From: a virus
Taxonomy: Duplodnaviria; Caudoviricetes
DNA length: 64,000 nucleotides
IMG/VR virus record: IMGVR_UViG_3300048631_000217
Direction: 5' to 3' (one strand)
This document shows positions 56,701 through 64,000 of the stretch, one piece after another. The translations under genes were made by a program, and so were the position numbers. A model generated the notes under the pieces. It saw only the letters and a list, made by a program, of their open reading frames with translations, searched no databases and was not told where the DNA came from. Within the stretch, counting starts at the first letter, position 1. Each line of letters begins with the position of its first letter.

Positions 56701-59213
56701 ATACCAGAACTAGGCGGCGCTGGTGGAGTCGGTTTTTCGCTCGCCTCACCTTTATCGACCACGAAATTACCCTCACTGTCGATATACAGGATATCGAAAC
56801 GGTTCATGTAGTATTCGTAATCTGTTTCGATATTCTCATTCGGGGCGGGGATGTATAGATCGCCACTCCCGAAGGTTGTCGTGCCATTCGGGTTGATTGT
56901 AGCCGCAGCTTCCGTTTCGGCATAAGATGCGGTGTTTTCGGCATAGGGGCGGAAGTCTATGCAATTACGCAAATCGTATCTCTTTCCGTCTTTGGCGACA
57001 AAGATCGGAATATCTTCCGTGCGAATTGAGGTATTCGGTGCCCCATCACTATCATTGATCGGGTAGCTATCGACCGTGAAGAACCCTTCGGCATAAGAGC
57101 CGGTTGTGTTCTTTCTATAGACTTTCAACTTGACCAATAGTTTGCTATTCGCCGGAATTGAATATCCGGCTGTCACCAGTCTGGAAAGGTTGTATGTCTC
57201 TAGAGTATCGTTTTTCAGAACCCGGAATTTAGACTTGACCGAAGGATTGCTTTCGGAATAGGTATTACCCTGCCAAACGTTTTCGATACCGATAACATCC
57301 GGCAGACCTAGACTATAGGAACCGCTATTCGTATTCGGGTGCGTTGCTGTGTCGATCTTGACATAGACATACTTGATGTCTTTCTTGCGAGGTGCAGCAA
57401 TGGTTCTCTTTACATTGTAATAGACGATAGCCGCCATATCCGCCGCTGGTGTAGACGGCAGAGTGATTGTCAATGATTGGCTGCTGGTAACTTCGATTGT
57501 CGCTCCTGTCAGATTGATCGGAACCCCTTGGGTATATGGACTTTGAGTAGCATTCGCGATAACTTCGAAATCAGCCTTTTGAGTATCATTCAGGATACCG
57601 ATACCATATGGCCATTCATCGTTTCCTGTCAGGTTGATAACGATATTCGCGGTAATGGAATCTGCGGTTAGCGAACTATTTACCGTACGATATACATAAT
57701 CAGTGGTAGCCGATACAACCGATTTGATGGCACTTCTGCCAATTTCGAAAATGTATGAACCGAACGCGCGTTCCTTGATGACCGGACGCCCGCTTTCCAG
57801 AATGAGATCGGCGGCACCTTTGATACTTCCGTCATGGAATACCGAACGAACGTCATCGAAGTTCTTTCCAGAATCCATGACGATATCGGTAATGTAAAGA
57901 CGATATTGTGTCTGGGCAGAACCTAACGTACCGGCATGTTTCATCACCGAACGAATCTTTGCCGTGCCGATTTTCGATGCACTAGGATATGTTCCGGTGC
58001 TACCCGCCGTAGCGCGAGCCAATGCCACATCATGCAAGGTAACGGTCGCGGCATTCTGATAAGAGAAGCCGCCCATGTATTCCTTGACGATTACATATGA
58101 TCCGTAATTGGTCGTAATATTCTGTTGAATTTCTGTTTCGAATTCCGTCGCCTTATCCAGCGGCAATACATAGCGGTCAAGCAATTCGACACGGCGACCG
58201 TCAACATATCCAAGACCTCGACCCACTGAAAGATCAAGTAGGGATGAATTTGCTGAATTGTTCGTAATAGCAAGAGGAAATTCGTTTACTGTGTAGTTAC
58301 CAGATTCCTCGAATGTACGTTTCTGCACTTCATTGAAAATGGTCGAATACTGTGTAGTCAGGTTTTGGCTGACAATTCGTCCACCTTGGTATTTCTGTAA
58401 TTCAAGGAAGGTTTCGTCATCATCTGCAATTGTCGAATCCACGGCGATAAGCCTAGGAGTCAATACGATACGATCAGCGCCCGGCGCATTTTCGTTCGGA
58501 TGCCCTTGGGCATTATCCAATAGCGACGTATCGTTGTTGGAATTTACGATAGATTCGTCAGTGACGAACCCTAGGGAAATGTTATCTGGCAGGTTCGTGT
58601 ATTTTGAAACGATTGTCAATTGCTCGTCAACGCGAACAAAGAACCCCTTTTGATAAATGATGCCATCACTTAGACGTACCGCATAGGCTGTGCCTACGGA
58701 ATCTGTATCGACTGTACCGGCTGCAACAACTTCAGCAATCAAGGCATCTGTATCAATATCTCTAATCTCAATCGTTTCCGTTCCAGAAAACACCTTGTCA
58801 TCATTCGCCCCTGTTCCGGTATAGGTGACGAATAGAGTATTCAAGTCAGGAACTTGGCTTTCCAAACCTGTTGCCACTTCGGTAACAATAGCCGTAACAC
58901 CTGTAGTCTTACCCACGGCTTTATGGGTCTTGTAGGATGACATGGATACGGGTGCGCCGTTTCCTTGAAGATCAAGGATTTTGACAAAACCAAGATTACG
59001 GATTTCGCTGAAGCTGCACCCGCTGATGACCGTCCCTTGGCGCAGGATATTGTCACCAAACCGTTCGATCTGGTTTTGGAGAATGGTTTGAAGTTGGGTT
59101 AATTCACGCGCCTGAACCGCCACCGAAGGCTTGAATAGAATCCGATGAAAGTTCTTGCTTTCATCGAAATCGTCAAAATACGGCGACTGGTTGGTGTTTG
59201 TGTTAAGGCTCAT
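53760..59213 (-). CDS. VrlC/DUF4815-like large baseplate/tail structural protein
   Basis: PYFDDFD...ILFKP..AVQARELTQLQ; RTFEESGNYTV; RRYTMRDIG; RFKNGIFVDNF; DPIAQTF. Confidence 0.85.
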   Translation of the reverse strand: MSLNTNTNQSPYFDDFDESKNFHRILFKPSVAVQARELTQLQTILQNQIERFGDNILRQGTVISGCSFSEIRNLGFVKILDLQGNGAPVSMSSYKTHKAVGKTTGVTAIVTEVATGLESQVPDLNTLFVTYTGTGANDDKVFSGTETIEIRDIDTDALIAEVVAAGTVDTDSVGTAYAVRLSDGIIYQKGFFVRVDEQLTIVSKYTNLPDNISLGFVTDESIVNSNNDTSLLDNAQGHPNENAPGADRIVLTPRLIAVDSTIADDDETFLELQKYQGGRIVSQNLTTQYSTIFNEVQKRTFEESGNYTVNEFPLAITNNSANSSLLDLSVGRGLGYVDGRRVELLDRYVLPLDKATEFETEIQQNITTNYGSYVIVKEYMGGFSYQNAATVTLHDVALARATAGSTGTYPSASKIGTAKIRSVMKHAGTLGSAQTQYRLYITDIVMDSGKNFDDVRSVFHDGSIKGAADLILESGRPVIKERAFGSYIFEIGRSAIKSVVSATTDYVYRTVNSSLTADSITANIVINLTGNDEWPYGIGILNDTQKADFEVIANATQSPYTQGVPINLTGATIEVTSSQSLTITLPSTPAADMAAIVYYNVKRTIAAPRKKDIKYVYVKIDTATHPNTNSGSYSLGLPDVIGIENVWQGNTYSESNPSVKSKFRVLKNDTLETYNLSRLVTAGYSIPANSKLLVKLKVYRKNTTGSYAEGFFTVDSYPINDSDGAPNTSIRTEDIPIFVAKDGKRYDLRNCIDFRPYAENTASYAETEAAATINPNGTTTFGSGDLYIPAPNENIETDYEYYMNRFDILYIDSEGNFVVDKGEASEKPTPPAPPSSGMILATINVPAYPSLPKNLADRKNRPEFGVTIKTNENRRYTMRDIGGIERRLDSLEYYTALNALEQKAVNMLITDATGADRFKNGIFVDNFNNLKIADIKDTEFKAGIDPAKSEITPKFRAIPLDLTAVDENSWVSARNYDDTIATITPNTDRFLVKQLTATGTRNCVTDYYIFSGKAYMQPSYDAAYDTSRAPDVTIDVGNVFSDFVDSLNSIVPLQVESTRIGAQNVTVTNTDIRFQNAGTNTVEVGDFVTNVSYSPFMRGRNVRIFVSGLRPNTLHWFFFDGTAVNPNIAPARRRNGATRPMDMVRAGKFGTGVRTDAKGVLRAIFRIPPKTFFTGDRKLEIYDTQLYQDRDTSTSRASFIYRAFNMSVEKAGLSTRLPEVETTARVLVQNFPIQQSSDEGSDPIAQTFFVPRGETNDNALAVDKVWLFFRKKSPTFGVTVEIRETVNGYPAKRKIPFATKHLTSDEVTVSGDGSVWTPFIFDKPIYLKSGQEYALVIKPDANSPDYRVFTSTPGENGVISGRPIVRDMSSGTLFASTNNRAWTAFQNENLKFAIFRNEYTTKKSTIYLGTRDCEFLTVDSATGDFAEGEYVAKVTANSAGTISVTSGNTTITGTGTNFSQHQLGDTLVIYTGANTYELAEISAITSNTVLTVKEAIETSNSAASYFESIVGRASYWSPNEPAKLVLQDSTARSGKVFVAGSSLLGLDSGTTANTVSVDNQQVSYLQASIAKATTTKTSLDIVADTLSIDGGGTYTSPMAFGSNKYLTTRNTVIKSRSNEVSDNTGRSFRLRMNLYNNEDSTPFVDHEASNMIVYAYDINNDTTSETTSSGNAASKYISKTVELAEGMDADDLKVFLTAYRPPGTDVEVYVRFKNEFDTRDFKEIEWTQLTKKAETDGFSSNANRDDFREIEYFVPTKTTFTNGGGAGLESTTGILRYQGKDGAVFDRYKVYAIKIVMLSSSYNRVPRLRDVRAIALS

Positions 59214-59223
59214 TAACTACCTC

Positions 59224-61035
59224 TTAGAAATCTATGATGAACTTAATTCGTTCTCTTTGTGTTGCCGAACGTGAAATCGGCTCCATACTCTCAATATATA
59301 GGATATCCCCGGAACCGTCTTCGAGATCTCCGAGAACTTTGCCGTTGACCTTGGCCACGGCGGAACTTGTCTTCCCAAAGACTTCGGCGACTTTACCGGA
59401 CGCATCATCCGAAACCCCGAAATACCCTTTCACGTTTGCCACCTGAATGACTGTGCTATTGGCTGAATATACTATACCTGTCGCTCCGGTTTCAGGTTGG
59501 TCGATAACCTCGTCTTCAAGGAACCCCGAACCATTCGGCCCCTGATCCGTCACGTTTACCGATAGGGATTGTAATTGATTGAATGTGCCGATATTCCGAT
59601 CAACCGCTACAACATTTGATGTAGCTATGGATGTATTTGTCGTGTTTGATGATGTTACAGAAACCCCGTCAACGAACTGTCCCAATACCTTTCTAAGACG
59701 AATGGTATTGTCACCATCTGCCCCGATCCCGGCAATCTCCGCAGTCACCAGACCTTGCGTTAATATCTGACCATCGGCAAAGCCTGAAGTATCTTCAAGG
59801 GTCAACACAGTGTTGGCGAAATATGGGTTCTTCAATAACCCGAATTTCCTGAAATCGTTCTGGTAGGGTATTGTACCGTTTTCGTCCCCGTTGAATTCAA
59901 CGGATATTACGACACCTGTTGAATACAATTCATCAAAGACATTCGACCCATGCCCGCCTTTAGGTGAAATGATCGGACGAACTTTTGCGGCCACCGGCAG
60001 TTTCGCTTGATTTGTCTGTAGGTCGATATATCCTGTATTTGCTACAATCGTTACATCGGCATATGTATACCCCGATCCTCTATTGACAACCTCTATGCTG
60101 GCGATTGAATTAGAGGTTGAATTGACTGTAGCAATAGCTACGGCATCTTGTCCGTCTCCGGTTATTCTAACTCTCGGGCCAATGTCGAAATTTGATGTAA
60201 AATCTGGTAGAATGTCGAATTCCTTATCCACCAGAATTCGTCTTTCGTTTCCGGTCACGATATATTCGGCAATCGTTCTGGCCTGTCCAGCCCCGCGACC
60301 GCTTCGGATAAAGAACGTATTGTTCTTGTAGAAATCAGTATTGGCAGATAATTGTGATTCACTCTGGATCGACATAATCAAGTTGTTACCCGCTACAGCA
60401 GATTCCTTTACGGTTCCGCTAACATAGCTGTTGTAATCATAACCGGGCGTTTCGATGATGAAGGTTTCCAAAGCACCGTTAACCGCATTGGCAGCAACAT
60501 TTACATCCTCGACAACAGGAATGAAATTCAAGGTAGAAAAATTGTTGAAAACTGTATCAGAAATTGAGTAACAAAACTTCCACACATAGCCGTCATTGGT
60601 TCTGTAATACTCATCATCAGGTGACGTTTCGGATTTCAAGGGCATGTCTGTAGAAGGTGCCCCAGAATTGTTGTCTAGACATTTGAACACGGAATACTCG
60701 GAACTTTCGCTTGTCACAACAAAAAAATTCTTGTAGGGTAAGTCAATATCGGTATGGTCATAGATATCATAGACCACGCCGCTATCCCACATCACCTTTT
60801 TGACAACACGATATACGTCATTCGTCGTAACCCTTTTGCCGAATGACAATTCATCGTGAATGTCAATATATGTTTCGGTAATGGATGGGGATATGTCGGG
60901 TGGATTGGAATCGTCAGGAAATGTGTCGCTTTTGGCAGCATACAGGTAATAGTAGTTGTTCTCCGAAGGATCGAATGTATCCACGAAGTTTTCAGCCATC
61001 TTGATTCTGAAATTAGGTGTGACTAGCTTTCCCAT
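59224..61035 (-). CDS. gp8: Baseplate wedge subunit
   Basis: VFKCLDNN, DGYVWKF, ISPKGGHG, DFRKFGLLKNP, SGDILYIE. Confidence 0.9.
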   Translation of the reverse strand: MGKLVTPNFRIKMAENFVDTFDPSENNYYYLYAAKSDTFPDDSNPPDISPSITETYIDIHDELSFGKRVTTNDVYRVVKKVMWDSGVVYDIYDHTDIDLPYKNFFVVTSESSEYSVFKCLDNNSGAPSTDMPLKSETSPDDEYYRTNDGYVWKFCYSISDTVFNNFSTLNFIPVVEDVNVAANAVNGALETFIIETPGYDYNSYVSGTVKESAVAGNNLIMSIQSESQLSANTDFYKNNTFFIRSGRGAGQARTIAEYIVTGNERRILVDKEFDILPDFTSNFDIGPRVRITGDGQDAVAIATVNSTSNSIASIEVVNRGSGYTYADVTIVANTGYIDLQTNQAKLPVAAKVRPIISPKGGHGSNVFDELYSTGVVISVEFNGDENGTIPYQNDFRKFGLLKNPYFANTVLTLEDTSGFADGQILTQGLVTAEIAGIGADGDNTIRLRKVLGQFVDGVSVTSSNTTNTSIATSNVVAVDRNIGTFNQLQSLSVNVTDQGPNGSGFLEDEVIDQPETGATGIVYSANSTVIQVANVKGYFGVSDDASGKVAEVFGKTSSAVAKVNGKVLGDLEDGSGDILYIESMEPISRSATQRERIKFIIDF

Positions 61036-61046
61036 CGGTTCCCTTG

Positions 61047-64000
61047 CTAGGTTATTGTAATGACCGAATCCTTGGCCTGTGCCTTGGATTCAACTTGCGT
61101 CACCTTTCGGATACCCCCGAATAGCTTTGTGCCAGCGACATGAAGAACATTACGTAAAACGGTTTCGTATCTATTTAGCGAACGCCCTGATAGAACATCA
61201 TACGAGAATTCTTGGTAATAGTCGCTGTCCTGAATTTTCTTTGATGACGAAAGGTGTGAAATATTACTACGCCAGTAACCCGAACCTTTACCGTGATTGA
61301 CGACATTCGCGTTTCCGGTAATGATGAAAGGGGTATTCGGATTTGCCAGAGTGACTTCCCCAAGATCCTCGTATCCGAATCCTGAGTCGATCACTTCCAC
61401 CTCAACCGCGATACCGTTGGCAGACACGACATCCCCGTCAATATTCGCATTATCCCCCATGATATTGTAATCTTCGATAGCCACGACTTCATCGACATTG
61501 GCCGAAGCCCCTGTCAGGTTTCCGGTAATATGGACACCCTTGACAAAGGCTGTCTGGAAATTCGTTCTTTCGATTATGACATGTGTGGTATTGGCAGAGA
61601 TTACCTTACCCTTACCATATGTCCGGGTAATAGACGAACTCATCAACTGGATCTGATCTCCTGCCATATCCAGAATAGGTGCCCCGGCCATGTCTTCGAT
61701 GACCGAACCTTCGGTTGAATCCATGGTAAGAATTTTTGTCCCGGACATATCTTCGATAGCGACACCGGCCATGTCTTCGATATAAGTTTCATCTGCGATA
61801 ACCGCACCCTGCACGATCAATTCACCGGGCACGAAAGAACCAGACAATGAGGAAATCTTGATGATATAGTTACCGCGTTTATGTGATGCGATATACTTGT
61901 TTCTTACCGTAATGAAAGGATCGGCATTATATCCGGTTCCGGGGTTGATTGAAGTCAGTCTTGAAATCTCACCAATCGTAAAATTATCGTTTGTCAGAAG
62001 ATCGGCAATGATTGTCGAAGAATCTCCGTTCGGACTTCTTTCGAAACCATATCCATAATCCATGACAGGTTCGACATTGGCCGTGATTCCACTCGTCGTA
62101 CCTATATCCATGACAGGCATTTCGAAATACCCTTCGCCCGGATTGGTTACTGTAATACTGGTTATTGAGCCATTAGCATCTGTCGTGATATTACCTTCGG
62201 CGGCGACCAAAGGGTTTCCGTTGGCATATCCGCCACCCGAGAAGGTCACGATTGTTCCATTAGAATACATGGTTCCGCCATTGTAGATAGTAACGGAATC
62301 CACGAAACCGACACCCGAACCTGACCCATCAAGACCCACATTCACAAACGGAATGTTTGCGAAATTGTTCGCACCTATAAGGTCGGTATTCAGAGTAACG
62401 ACTTCCTCATTGGCAATATCACCTATTTTGAAGTCTGCCGAATTGCCAGTAGAAACGCTATTGATTTCTTTCTGTTTCAATTCCTTGATATTACCGGGAA
62501 TGGCATCGGCATTCTCGGGACGCCACCATATTTGCAGCGGAGATAGGATCTTGCCCGCCCATGGGCGATTTGGTTCACCTGCCGGAATGACATTCGGGTT
62601 GCCATAATTACCCGGCACATTCCCGAACGCCTTGACATATCCGCTGGCACTCGCCTGTAACAATCCGTTGATATACAGCTTCATGTCACCGGCTGTTCCA
62701 AAGACGATATGCGCCGCCATGTCACCGGATAGAGGTAGTTGGGACACGGGCACGTCGATAAGGGCCGTGTTGGCCGTTACAGCGGCCCCGTAGCCCGCTC
62801 TCACGCGGAAGAGATATCCCCCTACCCCGTCACTGCGGATACCGGCCCACAGGGCGTTTGTCTGTCCCCCCATCGACATCAGGCTTCCGGTCGGATCGCC
62901 GATATTGAAATCAGGTAGTTTCACATCGAATTTGAAGATTTTGGCCACGTCAGGTCCAGAATAAAGACTCAGATCGTCAATGGAAGCATTGGCCGAATAG
63001 GTAAGGTCAGGATTCGGAAACCCGTATGTCGGTTCAAATTTCTCGAATTTCGGCGGGTTCCACAATTCATCGCGAACGGTTTTTATAAATGTTCCGTCGC
63101 CTGAATAGAAACGTTCGCTGTTGCCATATACCCCTATCGCGGATGTGTTTTGTCCTATCACGATACCAGAAATGGTCTTGTCAGATACAATGTCGATAAC
63201 TGCATTGGCCGATGTATTGGCCCCGATTCTGACATCAACTGCACCATCATTAGTCGCGGATAGCAGGGTTGCTTGCAGACGCGATTTTCCCCCCCTTACC
63301 ACGCCATTAACGTCGAAGATTCCGAAGATCTCATCAACGATAATGGTATTGGCATCGACAACCGACGATACTTTGGCTCTGGCACCAACTTGATCTACCG
63401 TGACATTCGACACCGTTGATGTAGCACCATTAGCGCCCACCAATGATTCATTGGTCACGAAATCACCGAAACATTCTGACAATACCAGAATCGCCCCGTT
63501 GATGGAGTCGATAACCCCATATGAATAGCTTGTAGTGAAATCCGTATTGCTGATTGTCTTGGTAACTGTCTGTTTTACAGTTTCGCCGACAGAATAGGTT
63601 CCGGTCACATTAGACACATTCAGAGTAACAAGATCCTCTTCCTCGACAATATCCCCAACAGACACACCGATAGGGCCAGACAAAGCAAGACGTTCCTGCA
63701 ATCGGAATGAACCGCTTGTCAGGAGAACTTTGATATTGCCGTTTGCCGATGGAATACTTATTGAAACGCCATTCGCATCCGTATTGGCTGAGGAAATCAC
63801 CTTGCCGGTCGCAATGACCGTATTCGATGAATTGTACCCTTCAAGAACGGTTCCATAAACGACATTCGAAAGAACATCGGTTCCTGACAGAACAGATAGA
63901 GTTTCAAGAGGTTGTTCAACCCTCTCGTATTTGATGAAATCCTTGTTGGGGTTATCTAGGAAGACGACAGAATCCGAGATATAGATATCGGTCGTATCGG
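61047..64000 (-). CDS. gp7: Baseplate wedge protein gp7-like (5'-partial; frame open to window edge)
   Basis: C-terminal IQDSDYYQEFSY...VLHVAGTKLFG; repeated I.V.NPG.GY; upstream of gp8. Confidence 0.75.
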   Translation of the reverse strand, partial: DTTDIYISDSVVFLDNPNKDFIKYERVEQPLETLSVLSGTDVLSNVVYGTVLEGYNSSNTVIATGKVISSANTDANGVSISIPSANGNIKVLLTSGSFRLQERLALSGPIGVSVGDIVEEEDLVTLNVSNVTGTYSVGETVKQTVTKTISNTDFTTSYSYGVIDSINGAILVLSECFGDFVTNESLVGANGATSTVSNVTVDQVGARAKVSSVVDANTIIVDEIFGIFDVNGVVRGGKSRLQATLLSATNDGAVDVRIGANTSANAVIDIVSDKTISGIVIGQNTSAIGVYGNSERFYSGDGTFIKTVRDELWNPPKFEKFEPTYGFPNPDLTYSANASIDDLSLYSGPDVAKIFKFDVKLPDFNIGDPTGSLMSMGGQTNALWAGIRSDGVGGYLFRVRAGYGAAVTANTALIDVPVSQLPLSGDMAAHIVFGTAGDMKLYINGLLQASASGYVKAFGNVPGNYGNPNVIPAGEPNRPWAGKILSPLQIWWRPENADAIPGNIKELKQKEINSVSTGNSADFKIGDIANEEVVTLNTDLIGANNFANIPFVNVGLDGSGSGVGFVDSVTIYNGGTMYSNGTIVTFSGGGYANGNPLVAAEGNITTDANGSITSITVTNPGEGYFEMPVMDIGTTSGITANVEPVMDYGYGFERSPNGDSSTIIADLLTNDNFTIGEISRLTSINPGTGYNADPFITVRNKYIASHKRGNYIIKISSLSGSFVPGELIVQGAVIADETYIEDMAGVAIEDMSGTKILTMDSTEGSVIEDMAGAPILDMAGDQIQLMSSSITRTYGKGKVISANTTHVIIERTNFQTAFVKGVHITGNLTGASANVDEVVAIEDYNIMGDNANIDGDVVSANGIAVEVEVIDSGFGYEDLGEVTLANPNTPFIITGNANVVNHGKGSGYWRSNISHLSSSKKIQDSDYYQEFSYDVLSGRSLNRYETVLRNVLHVAGTKLFGGIRKVTQVESKAQAKDSVITIT

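Noticed and set aside
51000-63400. Numerous plus-strand ORFs opposite structural and replication genes
   Set aside because: Shadow ORFs antisense to clearly identified genes, lacking RBS or recognisable motifs.
1-64000. tRNA/rRNA genes, stop-codon recoding, integrase or prophage boundaries
   Set aside because: No cloverleaf seen in the short intergenic gaps; core genes are full length in the standard code; no integrase or host genes.

Overview
This is 64 kb of the core genome of a T4-like myophage, with cyanophage/phiM12-like gene order and almost all genes on the minus strand. An alphaproteobacterial host is inferred, not shown. In transcription order (right to left) it carries gp7 (partial), gp8, a VrlC/DUF4815-like protein, a tail fibre, gp13-gp20 (gp17 has a class-3-type LAGLIDADG intein), a cluster of putative head-appendage genes, gp21-23, gp3, uvsY, uvsW, gp55, gp47, gp46, gp45, gp44, gp62, regA, dUTPase, gp43, uvsX and gp41. 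Accessory genes include two DNA methyltransferases, an FkbM methyltransferase, a sulfotransferase-like protein and a partial GH19 endolysin. Main observations: (1) Four near-identical sigma70 promoter+leader+RBS modules (TTGACW-N15-CC-TATATT-MATCATGTAAGCGATAG) each head an accessory gene wedged into a core operon, three of them antisense. (2) A seven-gene cluster between gp20 and gp21 looks like a modular head spike ending in two carbohydrate-active proteins, with an adaptor domain and an 'IEDMAG' motif re-used in the tail fibre and gp7. (3) A perfect-consensus promoter with no downstream ORF, followed by an AT-rich tract, lies antisense to uvsW (candidate origin or antisense RNA). (4) Two hexapeptide-repeat paralogues share a 123-bp inverted repeat 37 kb apart. 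(5) There is a stand-alone LigA-Ia-like domain and a degenerate copy fused to a peptidase. (6) CCWGG appears to be strongly avoided. All calls come from reading motifs by eye; no searches were run.
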